DNA of 63,932 nucleotides, the filler included, from Chiloscyllium plagiosum (taxonomy: Eukaryota), in NCBI RefSeq assembly GCF_004010195.1. It is 5 parts of one record of this genome, joined end to end, with 100 filler letters (N's around TTAATTAATTAA, not from the genome) between each part and the next. Parts side by side here need not be neighbours in the genome. Positions count along the whole stretch, not along the records: positions 14,570 to 35,616 come from NC_057711.1; positions 35,717 to 59,846 come from NC_057711.1; 3 more parts are not named here. The stretch is one strand, 5' to 3'. Below are positions 22,538 through 36,140 of this stretch, in pieces. A program made the position numbers and the translations under genes. Under the pieces are notes generated by a model. The model was not told the DNA's origin. It saw nothing but the letters and a program-made list of their open reading frames with translations, and did not search any database. Every line of letters begins with the position of its first letter. The stretch's first letter is position 1.

Positions 22538-24356
22538 TTCTGTCCTCCCTCTCCCGTGGCTCTTTGTGTGGGATTGACGGCTCTGAACCGTGTGATGTGA
22601 GGAGAGTTTCTCACCAGCAAACCTGCCGCCCTGTGCAGGCTGACAGGAGACCGTGCAATTGAAGAATTGGCTTTTCTTTTGAGAAAAAAAAAGACATGTT
22701 TTCTTCTCGTTGCCCAACGTCGCAGGCGATGCCGGGGTGCGGTGTGATCTCTCCATCAGCTGCCTCGGGAATCCCTCGGGAATGTTCTGTGCCACCAATT
22801 TGATTCTTCCTGGTGTGTCTGTATCTGTGTGTGTGATTCAGAAACTGACCGATAGTTTTACACAGTCAGGCAGGGGCGCGCAAAGGGCTGCTTGTCTTGT
22901 TTTGATTCTTTAAGGGAAACAGTTGAATTGTTTTGACGGTATCTGGGGTCACTGGGCTGGGAGTGGGGGGAGGGGGGGGGGGTGTATACATGTGACCGCT
23001 TGTAGTTCCTTTCACCAGCCCCTTCAAAGTATGGGAAACGACAATAACAAAACGACAGGAGTAAGTCCCCTGCTCACCCGTTACTGATTCATTCTCTGAA
23101 GAATGGTTTGTGTGACAGAGATAGATAAACACCTCTGGCTTTTGGGGAGAGTTGTAGCGCCTGGGCACCCGTTCAGCTGAAGTTTGCAAATGCAAGCCGG
23201 TACCTGGGCAGATTCCGAACTGTTGCATGCGGCCCCTTCCGATTGCAGTTCCCGTTGCTCGCTGGATGAGAGAGTCGGGTGTTCCAGCAGCAATGTGCGG
23301 ACACACACAGGGAACAGGGCAGCTCACCAAAGAAAGGGACAGCAGACCACATGCACAGTGGACCCTCTCTCTCTGCTCTGTCTGTGGAAATGTGGCTCCA
23401 GCCACAATGTTGAGTTTGCAAGGGTGTGCATCGCTAACAACGATCGGGATTGATGGGAATCTGACTATGGGGTGGACACTGAACTGATCTCTCTCATGAT
23501 TTGGAGACGAGCGCCGTGCCCTGTATAAGTCAGTCCGTGGACTCCTTACTTATGGCTTTAAGATGGAGGCACGATGCCATCTCTCCTGAGAGAGAGCCTC
23601 GGCTCCCTTTTCCATTCCTCAGCGTCTGACAAAACACTTTGAAATCTCGGGGTTTCTTTTTGTTGTTTAGTTTCCTTTACCGCCTCTCGCTTATTCACCA
23701 CGAAGGCTGCAGGTTTAATTCGAATTCTCCGAGTTAGACTTTTATTTTCTTCCACGACCCTCAACTTATAAATTACATAGAGAAACTGCACTATTTGAAT
23801 TTAATCCTCAGCTTCCCATCTCACTTCTTGACTCCAAGCTTACTTAACAAACTACGTCCTCCCCAATTTGAGTGGAACAACTCACTTACGGAAACAGTCA
23901 CAACTACTCACATTCGGGTTTAAGAGTAAGGCAGTTCAGTCCAACATACAAACCGTGTTTTTTTCAACAACAACCTGCATTCGCTGTCTCAAGTGTAACC
24001 CCCCCCCCATCTACAACATAGTCGTCCAACAGGTTAGTGAGATGTGTTTGAGCCAGACTTCCGAAGGATGTGGTGGGAGTGAGGGAGAGATCAGATCAGT
24101 TGGCTGAAAGGTAGCTATGGGTGGGGACTTAAAAGTTTTGGACAAGCCAGGAGACATTGACTTCTTGTTGTTGTCAGAGTTGGGGGTCAGTGCTGGGGCG
24201 AGATTGCCAGTAAACTGAAGCAGGCTTGCCAAAACTGATCAAAACTAGCGGGTAGTTTCTGAGGCCTTTGCAAATTCAGAGAGCTGATTTCACCCACCGC
24301 CCTTTGTGACAGCTTTTAACGCTGCAATCACCTGCCACTTTGTTTCTCTTGACTCA

Positions 24357-24453
24357 GTTAAAAATCACACAACGCCAGGTTATGGTTGGACTATAACCTG
24401 GTGTGTGATTTTTCACTTTGTCCACCCCAGCCCAACACCGGCTCTTCCACATC
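24357..24453. mobile_element. Short fold-back derived from the Neptune-like pLTR
   Basis: AAAAATCACACAACGCCAGGTTAT GGTTGGACT ATAACCTGGTGTGTGATTTTT hairpin, followed by the pLTR end CCCCAGCCCAACACCGGC...CCACATC. Confidence 0.75.
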
Positions 24454-27400
24454 ATTTCTCTTAACTGAAAAGGCCCCCCCACCCGCTGCCCACCCCAAGC
24501 TGATTGTGATGGTGCTGGTCATTTTTAAAACGCCTTTTAAGAATACAACCGGAAACAAAAATAAAGCTATACAACGGACAGTACAAAGTGAAAGTTCAGA
24601 AGTTTAGAACCCAGAGACGTGTTGGGTGATAAAAGGGATAAATGCTAATAGGGAATACAGGATACATATGAGGTGTCAGACGGCATCTGCGAACAAATGA
24701 TATCAGGCGGAATTTTCTGTTTCTTAAAGTAATCACAAGATGTCTTTTACTAAATGAGGAGAATGGTAAAAATTAGGCGATGAAAATTCTGAACACAGAT
24801 TCCCAGTTTAAAAAGTCTTGAAGCACCTTGATGTTTTAAACGATATTAGGTCTCCTGATGTCAGGAAATACCGTGCATATGCATGTAAGTTTCTTAATTA
24901 ATTTAGGAAAAAGAAAGTAAGTTGGGAAAAGGAACATCTTTTTGGTTCAGTTTCTAAACTTAAGGATTGAAGGATTTTGTCGCTTTCCCAAACGTTTTAA
25001 CATGTAAATATTGTGCACGACAGACTTTCTGATGACCAGTTTTTATTTTCTTCGGTTTCTGTGCTTTTTGTGGTCATTTCCTGGAGGTAGTAAATGTAAT
25101 CTGAGCTTTCTGTCTTTGATCAAAATCAGTATAAAATTGCAGTTTCTGAAATATATTTGACAGTGTTGCTACTTGAGATGAATTGGGGCAATGCAGCAAG
25201 AAACAACTCACCTCACACTGCGCCAGACAGCTCTGTCAACACCAAACTGAAAGGGAAGTGTGAGGTGCAAAGTTTTGTCTATGATAAAGTTGACCTTGTT
25301 GTTATTTCCAAGCAAGAATTTGCAGCATTGATTAGGGTATTTTACAAATTTGCTCACGTTGCAGGCTGTGAATTGTTGTAAATGGATCACATCTATTAGC
25401 TATGAACATAATAATTTAGGAATGAATTTCAAGTTGAATATTATGTAGTAGCATGGGGACAGATTTTCTGTCACATTCATTGGAGTGTGGTGCTGGAGGG
25501 TTATTTTGGGTGAAACTACCCTTTTAGCACAAGCGGATGAGGCAAAAGGCATTGAGTAAAGATTTAGATGTGATTGTCTGAAGTCATAAGAACAGACAGC
25601 AAGAGTAAGTCAATCATTCCACAGAACTCTACATATCTTCCAATTGCACATCTTGACAACGAGGTACCCTGCAGAGAAGGTGGGAGGGAGAGGGTGCCTT
25701 TGTAGGTGTTACTTTCTATCGTAGTATCACAGTTTCACTGTTGAATGAAGGCAGAACTCTCAAGTTAATAATGTTTGCTGGCAGCCTGTGTGCCGAAGGG
25801 GATTCGAATTGTTGTGGGTAATGGTGAGTAGTGAGTCGAGGTTGTCTCCTGACTGAAATGTAGACAAAGTGAAGGGTAGGCGATCCAATCTGTTTGTCCC
25901 CAATTACCCTACTGAATGTGGTACTGCTGCTGCTATCTTTTATTTTTCACGGAACATGAGGATAAGCCAATGTTTCTTTTGTATGTGTACATTAACGTAA
26001 AATGAAATTTTTCAATCTTTAGTGAGATCTTTGGTAAAAATAATTGAATCTGCAAGCATCATTTTTATTGTATAAATTTAGTGAGATATAGCTGAGATAA
26101 GTTACTTTGAGTTAAGAATTATACTACTCGCACGATTTTTTCTTTGTAGATTTTAATACCACTTCATGACTTAGTGGGGGAATGTTAGATTAAATGTTAT
26201 GCTACCAAACAGTACAGATCTTGAAAATCCTCAGGCTTCATCCTTTTTCGATTCTGAGTGCAATGGTTTCAACCTGCAAAAGGGTAAATACTTCATTGAC
26301 TTTCAATTGGCCAAACTAGGGTGGGGAGAAATTCTTTGAAAAAATCTTGTTTCTGTTGGCTAGTCAGTGAACTGTTTGTGGGCATTGTGCAAGGGCAAGG
26401 ATTGGGCTCAGCTGTGTTGCCCCTTATTGTCTGTTAATTTGCCAGCATTCACTGCCCACTCTCAAGCACAGCTACTCGGTAAAAGTGCAAGCAGACTGCT
26501 GCACCTGTGGACCCATGTATTAACAGGAATGGTGATTGACAACAAGATTTCTATCAACGTGTATGTAAAATCTGAATTTCAGGCATATGATAACAAACGT
26601 GTAACGCATAAAACAAAGCATCCTTACTGGTCTGTGAAAACTGAAATTTATACCTCAATTAAAAAAGCAGACAATAAAAACATAGCATGCAATAAGGTAT
26701 GGTGATGTTTTGAAAGGAATTTTCACGCTAACCCGATATATGAAGCATTAACAGCAAATTTTGGGTTAATTTTTGACTTGAAGAAGGAATAGAATTGGAG
26801 GAATAAAATTAGTCAGTTTTTCTGTGTGAAATTTTGGTATGTGGCTTTTCAGATAGACTAGTAATTGATCCATGTACAAAGAAATACTGCAGCTGTAAAG
26901 TCTCTCTCCATTGCTCAGCGAGCCAGGAGAATAGAGATTTCAATTAAAAGGTGAAAGGTTTGCCCATCATTACTGACATAATGTGCAGTAAGATTGTGCA
27001 CTGGCTTCTTAACTCTTGGAGTAATGAAATTTCTTTGCATCTCCCAGTGCCTTCAAATCACTTTATATTTTATTGCTGCAACATGAAAATAAGTGTTAGT
27101 GTCGCACCGAGGGAAAATACTTTAACAATTCTTTCCTCATGATGTGCTGGATTCAGATAAAATGCAGGAACACCATTGTATGAAAAAGAAGCAACTTTTA
27201 TCTAAAATGTTTGTTGAAAAGAAGTAAATCATCAAAATTCAGCCCCGAATTTAATGTAATTATCTAAAAGTCTTTAATTTATGACTTTTTTCTGTAAACA
27301 ACATCTCTAGTAAATTTACTAGACTTTCATCTTTCCTGTGCATGTAGCTGAAATTTACAATTTAATGCTTAACATGCCTGATGACCAGGAGCATTTTCAC

Positions 27401-29619
27401 AAAATGTTGCTGTAGTTTGCAGTGTTGTTATTATTGTATGAGCTTTAATTGGCGGTTTACATTTCAATTTTTATAGACCAGTTTGGATGCTTTGTTTGAT
27501 AGCTTGCCCATTTTCTGTCACATGCCGAAAATTTAGGTTTTGTCTGCGCATTAATAGAAATCTGATTCACAAACCACCACCCCATTCTTTCATTCTGAGT
27601 TGTTTCATTCTGTATCCTTGCTTATAATGAAGATTAATGGTTTTGTGCACAGAAATGCTTTGGAGGGCTGCGTTCATTGTGAATGCTGAGTGCTATACTT
27701 GTAATCAATTTCAAATGAGCTCCTCTGTTATTCGTCAGTCTCTATCCAAACCTGTGTTATTAGGCTGTATTAACCTTGTTGATGATTGATTGAAGCACTT
27801 CTGCATATTAAGCTGGCATTTGTTGGAGAAGGAGCACAGGAGATGGTGAAGAGGATTTCTATGTTTTGTAGCAAGTTGCCATTGTTTTTAGCTTGTTCGC
27901 TCCTAAAAGTTTTACAATTCAGCGTAAATGGGAATTAGATAAGGCCAGCACCGAGTCTTTGTGAAAGGTCTATTTTTAATCCTGAGTGGTGTTGTGATGC
28001 AAGCAGATGGTTCTTGTAATAGCAGCTAATGGCAAGAGAATGAATTTAGCTGTTAAAAAGGAAAGTGGCAGGGAATGGATGGAGCGAAAGGTTAGAATAC
28101 TACCCTTTCACCTCTGAGACCTGAATTCAAATCGAGGCAATTGAAAGGATAAAGGCCTCTTTCTGACATAAAGAAACCTTAGTAAATTTTATCTGAGTGG
28201 TTTCATTTCTGATTCTAGTGGCTGTGAAACACTCTTGAATTTGTTGCTGAGTTTGACGGTCTTATTTAAACTGTTTTTGTTTTGGCATCATTTTAATTCC
28301 AAAGCCCCCTGATTGGGTTCCATGAACCGCTCCAACTGATAAATTACTGTATTCCAGATCTCTTCATCCAGTTTCCTATTTAACTGCTGAATTAAACAAT
28401 GTTGATAGAGAACGGCATCGGAGGGCATTAAGGGTGTTAGGTGCATTAGAGAATATAGTCTGCTATGTTTTTGAGGTCAGACAACCAAAGAAGTGTGGGG
28501 AGCTTGGCTCTGTAAATGTGTGTGGTATCTTACCCGAGGGATAGTTGATGTTGAAACTGAGGAAAAATGTGACAAAATGATCTTAATTTCCTAGAATTAA
28601 CGTGTTCCACCGCAAGTGACACAAAACATGCTTTATCTGCCCCAAAACACACTTTGTGCCTTTTTAAATTTAGCATGAAGGTGGATATGTTTGCAATTTC
28701 ATTACACTAATTAGTCCTAAAGTGGAGTGGAGAAATATAATCAGTGTGTAAAGCTTTCATTATTTTCACAGTATATTTCAAAGCACAACTGTTGTATTAA
28801 AAAGGATGACTGAAGGTCAGCTGGTAGATTTACCCTGAAATCCTGAGTTCCAGTATTTGTCCTGACAGCTGTACTGACTATTCTTGCACTCAGTTCAGTA
28901 TTAAAACGGTTAATTCATGCTACTGGATCTTGTTTTGCCTCTTCCTTAACAAACCATTGTGTGTGCCAGATGAATGATTGAAGGGAGAACCATGTCCAAT
29001 CTGTAAAACTTGTTCCCGAAAAGTTCAAGCCATCATTCTATTGTGCTGTATACTTTTAACCAAATGCTTCTGGTACACATTGCAAGCAATTGCTTGGTGT
29101 ACGTTCTGAGTGCATTTGTGCACCAAATATTTTTTAATGGAACTATCTTTGCCAATAATTACTTTTATCTGGGATCTTTTTCTGGTCCAATTTTAAGCTT
29201 TCAATACTTAAAGCAGACCGACATTGGATAGCAACAAGACATGGAGCAAGCAGCCACAGGGCAGCGGTTAAAATGAAGGTGGGCAGCCTGAATGTCTTTA
29301 TTTCTTTTGGACTATTTTGCACTATTCATTGGCGTGTATTTTGTCAGCTGCTGTGAATTAATCTGTTCTATTTGATTTAGCACCTTTGCAGAGAGAAAAA
29401 AAGCTGACTTTTTTTCCCAAGAAAATAAAATCTCTTTTATGTGTCGGGGATTAAAAGTATTTTATATCTAATGTGAAGACGCTTGCCAAGAATGTGTTAT
29501 TGGTGACTGACTTGACCCTCAACTTTCTTGTTGCTCTTTGTTGGAGCTCTCAGTTTTCTTGAAAGAAACTGGGTGATACAGAGAGAGTAACTTTTCTATG
29601 AGAGGGGTAATGCTTTTCA

Positions 29620-29881
29620 ACTGACTGACTGTGTGGAGTTTGCACGTTCTCCCCGTGTCTGCGTGGGTTTCCTCCGGGTGCTCCGGTTTCCTCCCACAGT
29701 CCAAAGATGTGCAGGTCAGGTGAATTGGCCATGCTAAATTGCCCCTAGTGTTAGGTATAGGGGTAAATGTAGGGGTATGGGTGGGTTGCGTTTCGGCGGG
29801 TCGGTGTGGACTTGTTGGGCCGAAGGGCCTGTTTCCATACTGTAATGTAATCTAATCTAATCTAATCTAATCTAATCTAAA
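29620..29881 (+). mobile_element. 5'-truncated young HE1-type V-SINE
   Basis: V-domain with CpGs retained, CR1-type tail, (AATCT)6. Confidence 0.9.
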
Positions 29882-30894
29882 CTTGTTTCTAACTTCAGCA
29901 GTTTAATTAACTTCACAAAGTGCTCCAGAGATAACTGAGTTTTAAAATTAATTTATATTACCTGGGTATTTACTTTTTGTTTCATAATCCTTTTTCACTT
30001 TACAATAATTTTACAGTAAAATAAATTCAGTAAAACTAACGTCAATAAAAGTTCAGTGATTTTGCTGATTTTGGGTAATTTGTGCTGGTAGATTCTAATA
30101 ATATAGACACCCTGGTTTCTGTTGTGATTATTCATTTTCTTCCTTAGGGTGAGAGGTCCTTGCTTCTTGTCAGTATTTTCTCCCCTTAAGCTGTCCTTAA
30201 ACTGCCTCCCACAACATGTGCAAGCGGGCAGACTAGCACCCCACTCCTGCTCCTTTCACAAATCTACCTCTTCAACAAACTGTTGGCCACTTGCGTTAAG
30301 GGATTCTGATGTGTCATGATTCTTTGAGCTATTTTACTGTGTTAAATGCAAGTTGTAGTTGTTCAACTGGCAGGAAAATGTTTTTGGACATTGTGAAGTA
30401 TTGGACAAATGCAAGTCTTTTTTAATTTTACTAAAGGATAACTGTTTTAGATAGTCCAACGGTCATCAATACGTCTACAGTTTTACTCATTCATTTTTGC
30501 TGAAATCAAACTTTTGATTTTAGCGTTTGGTTTTGTTTCCCTTTTACCTTGTGTCATTTTCTTTTCTTTTACCAGCAATTTATACAAGTAACCATTACTC
30601 CTGTTGTAGTTAAAGTGTGTGCCAATATTTGCTTCCATTTGGGGTGTGTGGAAGAACGATCAGAGCTAAAATAGGCTTAATGCAGATCAAATTTGGTCTG
30701 CACCATTGAACTTTGCATCAGATAAACCTGTATAGTGTTCGTGAGGAATGTGATTTCTTTGATGATCATTGCTTACTGTTGAGGTGCACCTTTTTTTTCA
30801 CACAGTGTCCCTATTATTCCTCAGCAACATGTCTCAGAATCAAAGCCTTTGGATTTGTTAAGAGCATTATCATTACAACCAAAAATTAATATTT

Positions 30895-31690
30895 TGTCCT
30901 CGTCCATGGGATGTAGGCCAGTTGTTAATTTGGTTGAGTCCTGATTCATCAATTTAGATATCTCTAATCAACCTGTTCAGACATGCTATGCGACACCTCT
31001 GTAGCAGCTAAGATATGAACTCAAGCTCTCAGGCCCAAAGATGGACATATTCCCACTGCACCACAAGAATCCTCAAGCCAGCACTTATTCCCAATAGGAG
31101 TCAACCACATTATTGTTGGTCTGGAGTCAATTATAGGTCAGTCTCCATAAGGATGGCAGATGGTAAGACATTAGTGAATCAGGTAGATTTTTAACAAACA
31201 TCAACTGTGTCATTTAGCTTGTGAATCGGCTAACATTTCATTGAATTGAAATATCGCCATCTGCCCTGGTGTGTTTGAAACCATGTCCTTCAGGGCATTA
31301 GAATCATAGAATCCCAACAATGTAGAAACAGATCATTTGGCCCAATAGGTCCACAGCGACTCTCCAAAGTGCATCCCATCCAGACATACCTGCCCCCCCC
31401 GCCAACACCACCCCATCCTATAACCTGCATTTCCATTGGCTAATCCACCCAACCTTCACATCCCTGGACACTATGGTCAATTTAGCATGGCCAATCCAAT
31501 TAACCTGCACATCTTTGGACTGTGGGAGGAAACCGGAGCAGCCGGAGGGAACCTGAGCAGACGCGGGAGAATGTGCAAACTCCGTACAGTAAACCCAGCT
31601 CCCTGGTGCTGTGAGGCAGCTGTGCTAACCACTGAGCCACCATGCCTCCAGAGTTTCTGAATTCGCTTGCCCAGTGATATTACCAGCTCC
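30895..31690 (-). mobile_element. Nested SINE cluster: central-domain SINE interrupted by a short tRNA SINE (about 30950-31075) and an HE1 SINE (about 31300-31647)
   Basis: Pieces match 11857-12205, 58510-58625 and 17077-17387 respectively. Confidence 0.7.
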
Positions 31691-32617
31691 CTCTAGATAC
31701 TGTTGTGTTTTCTTCCTTTAGTAGTTCAAGTGATTTTGGTTCCAGGATTTCTTTGCATGATGTCAAATTGCCAACTCCCTGCTATGATAAAGTTAGTTTC
31801 AAAAATAGACAAAGTAATGCAGTGTGGAAGTTCCCTGTTTTTTAAATAAGAGATGAAAAGGAAAAATTACCTTTGTGTACAAATTCAATGCCAATTAGTC
31901 TCTGTGGGAAAGTCTGGTTAAAAATATGTTCTCTTGCCATTGTAAATTTTGCTATTGACTCTTGTTTGTTTAACACTGTGGTAGACAGAGTTTTGCTATC
32001 TCAGGGAATTGAGGGAGAAGGGAATGGGCAGGATAATAGATCTGAAGCCCAAGATAAGCCGTGAAGGTGTCGAATGGCATAGTCAGCTCGATGCGCTGTA
32101 CGATCCACATTCACTCCTGTTCTCGCACTTTGTTCTTCCTAATGTCTTTTGAGGCATCTTTATGGTCTTACATTTTATTTTAACCTGAAATTTCTGTGCT
32201 CTGGACAAACATTCTGACTGGAATGTGAAACACACTAACCTGTTCTCAGTTTGATTTTCTCTGACGTTACTTGATGGCAAACCTCAGGTTCTTTTTCACT
32301 ACACCCAGTGGGCTGGTTGGGTGGGTTGGAGTTCAGGTCAGGTGTAGGGGAAGCGAGTTTATGTAAAATCAGGTGGGTTCCCAGACCACCTCCTTCCCAT
32401 TCACCTCAACCTGAAATCATATGCCGAAATTGGCAGCCTTCCTATCACATTTAATGACATAATGAGTATTACTCCACTCGCTTCAAAAAACAGTTGACAT
32501 GGTCAGGTAGGTCTGAATAGACAAGCCATTTTTTTAAAGCCCTTGAAACAATGGGAAGGAAGTGGTAGGGTACTATGTTTAAGGGAATGTTCTTCATGCA
32601 TCAGGGGAAACCACTGT

Positions 32618-33205
32618 ATTGATTGATTGATTGATTTATTGTCAGATGTACCAAAGTACAGTGAAAAGCTTTGTTTCTGAGCAGTACAGGCAGATCATAG
32701 TAAGCAAGGATATATAGTTCAAAAAGACTTAGAGGCATACAGATTATATTGCACATGCCGTGCGGTAGGCAAGATCAGCATTAGCGAGATAAGTATTACT
32801 TGAGGCTGGAGAGCTCATTCATCAGACTAATAACAGCAGGGAAGAAGCTGTTCCTGAACCTGCTTCAGGCTTCTGTAACTTCTGCCTGATGGAAGGGGTT
32901 GTAGGAGAACATTACTGGGGTGCGATGGGTCTTTGATGATGGTAGCCTTTCCACAGCAGCGGACCATGTAAATGATGTCCATGGATAGAAGGATGGCTTC
33001 CGTGTTGGTCTGGGCTGTGCACACCAACTTCTGTAGTTTCTTATGGTCCTGTGCAAAACAGTTGCTGTACAGACCATTATGCACCCAGACAGTATGCTCT
33101 CAATGGTGCATCCGTAGAAGTTGGTGATGGTCCTTATGGTCATACTAAATTTCCTGATTCGCCTGAGGTAGAAAAGGTGTTGTTGTGCCTTCTTGGCAAT
33201 CAGCT
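32618..33205 (-). mobile_element. Rex1/Babar-type LINE RT C-terminus and 3' UTR
   Basis: KKAQQHLFYLRRIRKF...NFYGCTIESILSGCI; IKDPSHP...LPSGRSYRSL; GATT-repeat tail. Confidence 0.85.
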
Positions 33206-33544
33206 TACCAAATCTTGTCCTCCTCCCCCTTTGCATCCTCCTTCCATGGGTGGAGGAACCACTTGATGTACCTCACTGCAAATCTATTGGGCCTTCCTCA
33301 TGAAATGGGTTGTGAATCCAGCGGTCTCCCACCCAAACGTTTGGCAGTGCCAGGGTCTGCTGGAAATACCAGCCAATCAGATTGACCTGCGGTTCCACAG
33401 CAGGTGCACTCAGAGGCAGAAGTCTCTGCCTCCATCACTCTGCAGTTGACAGCTAAAAGTCCAGTGATGTCCTGTTGGTAGCACGCTGACATTACTCCTG
33501 GTGGAATGGGGGTGCGTGGGGAAATGGACGAGCAGCTTCACGCC

Positions 33545-34360
33545 ACAACCTTAACCCAAAAGTGGATAAAAAAGAGCTGAACTCCAGAGGTGAGGTGAAA
33601 ATGACTGCACTTGACATCAATGCAGCATTTTACCAAGTATGGTATGAAGGAGCCCTCATAAAATGAAGTCAGGAGGAATTTGGCTGAGGAATTGTTGGCT
33701 GGAGCCATGCCCAGTGTAAAAAATTATGGTTATGATTGTTGGACGCTAATTACCTCAGCCTGAGGACATTACCAGAGGGCTTCCTCAGGGCAGTAGGCCC
33801 AAGCATTTACAGCCACTTCACAGAATCTCTGAAATGTTACCGCACAACAGAAGGCTGTTCAGCTTGTCATGTCTCTGTCAGCTCTCTGTGGGAGCAATTT
33901 ACTGAGTGTCATTCCTAACCTTCGCTCCCCAGCTTTGCATATTCTTCTTCTCTCCGGCAATAATCCAATTCCCTCTTCAATACATTGATGGAACTGGCAT
34001 TTACTACACTGTGAGGCAGTGTCTCACTGCCTGATTTCAGATGCTAACCACTCGCTGTTTGAAAACAATTATTCTTCATGTCGCCATTGCCACTTTCGGC
34101 CAGTTGTTTCAGCAGTAGCCTCCTCTCCAGTGATGATTGTCAAAAGATCAATGCCTTTCAGAGTTCCTCAGTGACTGATATGTGGCAGTAATATTCAAGC
34201 CACACAAACTCTAGGCAGTGATCACCTCCCACAAGACAGAAGCTAATCATCTGCTCTTGCCAGCCATCACGAGACTAAGGTGCTATCGACACTGAATTTC
34301 CTCAACATCACCATCCTCCAAGTTCCCATGATCAGAAATGTAACTAACCTAGCCACATAA
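33545..34360 (+). mobile_element. Degraded CR1/L2-group LINE fragment with a nested antisense CR1 tail (about 33820-34090)
   Basis: KELNSRGEVKMTALDINAAFYQVW-like reading at 33570-33645. Confidence 0.65.
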
Positions 34361-34804
34361 CTATTGTCTTGTAAAGTCAATATTTGTCTCACCAAAAGCA
34401 ATTAAACAGAACGTGTGCTCTGTGAGCCTAACATTTTGAATGGTGCCTTTCCATGAGCATCTTATTTGAGCTGTACAGCAATATTGTATGCGATAGAGAT
34501 GTGGCAATGGCAAAACCACTTTGGCCGTTGCAACAATTTTAAGAGCAAAATGCCAACATGCACCCAGAATGCAGGATTGTGAACTGGACGTTTGCATTTA
34601 TGTAAGCATCCAGCATCGTTCATGTGCTGTGGAGTGAGACACTTCACAATAATCAGAAAACATTCTCATGTTTTGCTTTTTATAGTAGTACTTTATAAAC
34701 AAGCGCAATAAATATGTAAACTCCATCCAGAAGTGATTTATGAGTATACAAAACCCAATCACATTGTCCGTTATTTTTGATTTAGTAATCATAAAAGCAA
34801 TTCG

Positions 34805-34855
34805 CCATATTGGCTTGTACCATATTGGCTTGTACCATATTGGCTTGTACCATAT
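34805..34855. repeat. 15-bp tandem repeat, 3.4 perfect copies
   Basis: (CCATATTGGCTTGTA)3 CCATAT. Confidence 0.92.
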
Positions 34856-35273
34856 GTGGCTGTGGTAAATAGCTTGATGAACAGTGATGCACACAAACAA
34901 TATTTTCAGTTGTTACCTTTCCATGAATGACTGGCTCATTGAAAATGCATCCTGCATCAAGGACTCAGTCGAGGAGAGTGTCAAGTCTAAAGTATTTGAT
35001 TCAATTTATTCTTGGCAATTTCACTGCTGAGTGGCCTGTCCCTTTCATTGTTTTTGACATCAGCGCTTTTTAAAAAATCAACATCTTTTTAAAGGAATTC
35101 ACAGTGCTCTACCTGACATCGAGGAAGCAGGGTGAAGCTGTAATGCCAGATCTCCCCAGCAGTTCAGTGGCAAATTTGACTGGCTTGTGTGAAGCTTGAG
35201 CCATACAGAAGAGAATGGCCACAGGTTTATACCCTGTCTCTATTCAGTTACCTGGCCACATTAGTTGCAAAAG

Positions 35274-36140
35274 TAGAATAGACAATAGACAATAGGTGCA
35301 GGAGTAGGCCATTCTGTCCTTCGAGCCTGCACCACCATTCAATATGATCATGGCTGATCATCCTTAATCAGTATCCTGTTCCTGCCTTATCTCAATAACC
35401 CTTGATTCCACTATCCTTGAGAGCTCTATCCAACTCTTTCTTAAATGAATCCAGAGACTGGGCCTCCACTGCCCTCTGGGGCAGAGCATTCCACACAGCC
35501 ACCACTCTCTGGGTGAAGAAGTTTCTCCCCATCTCTGTCCTAAATGGTCTACCCCGTATTTTTAAGCTGTGTCCTCTGGATCGGCACTCACCCATCAGTG
35601 GAAACATGTTTCCTGCNNNNNNNNNNNNNNNNNNNNNNNNNNNNNNNNNNNNNNNNNNNNTTAATTAATTAANNNNNNNNNNNNNNNNNNNNNNNNNNNN
35701 NNNNNNNNNNNNNNNNTCCCTGCCAGTATATTAGTCCCCTTCCAATTTAGGTGCAATCTGTCCTTCTTGTACAGGTCACTTCTACCCCAAAAAAGATTCC
35801 AATGATCCAAAAATGTGAATCCTTCTCCCATACACCTGCTCCTCAGCCATGCATTCATCTGCTCTATCCTCCTATTTCTGCCCTCACTAGCTCATAGCAC
35901 TGGGAGTAATCCAGATATTACTACCCTTGAGGACCTCCTTTTTAAATTTCTGCCTAACTCTCTGTAATCTCCCTTCAGAGTCTCATACCTTTCCCTTCCA
36001 ATATCGTTGGTTCCAATGTGGACAATGACCTCTTGCTGGCCCCTCTCCCCTGTGAGAACATTCTGCACCCTCTCTGAGACATCCTTGATCCTGGCACCAG
36101 GGAAGCAACACACCATTCTGCTTTTTCTCTCCTGGCCACA
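35274..36140 (-). mobile_element. Young CR1 LINE: ORF1 esterase part (35717-36140) and 3' end (35274-35616) flanking a gap
   Basis: MVCCFPGARIKDV...VHIGTNDIG...VVISGLLPV and KDRLHLN; FFTQRVVAVWNALP; TAGACAA-repeat tail. Confidence 0.88.
35617..35716. other. Assembly gap spacer
   Basis: 100 nt: N-run, TTAATTAATTAA, N-run. Confidence 0.97.

Larger units (their letters stand above)
21400..23750. promoter_or_regulatory. CpG island / probable promoter region of an unidentified gene
   Basis: Sharp rise in GC and CpG against a CpG-depleted background; non-repetitive; CTGATTGG (reverse CCAAT) at about 21897-21904; G-tracts at 21945-21974. Confidence 0.75.

Noticed and set aside
22103..23487. Long overlapping ORFs (231 aa, 179 aa and others) in the CpG island
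   Set aside because: Expected from GC richness; no recognisable domain, and one runs through a (TG)n repeat.
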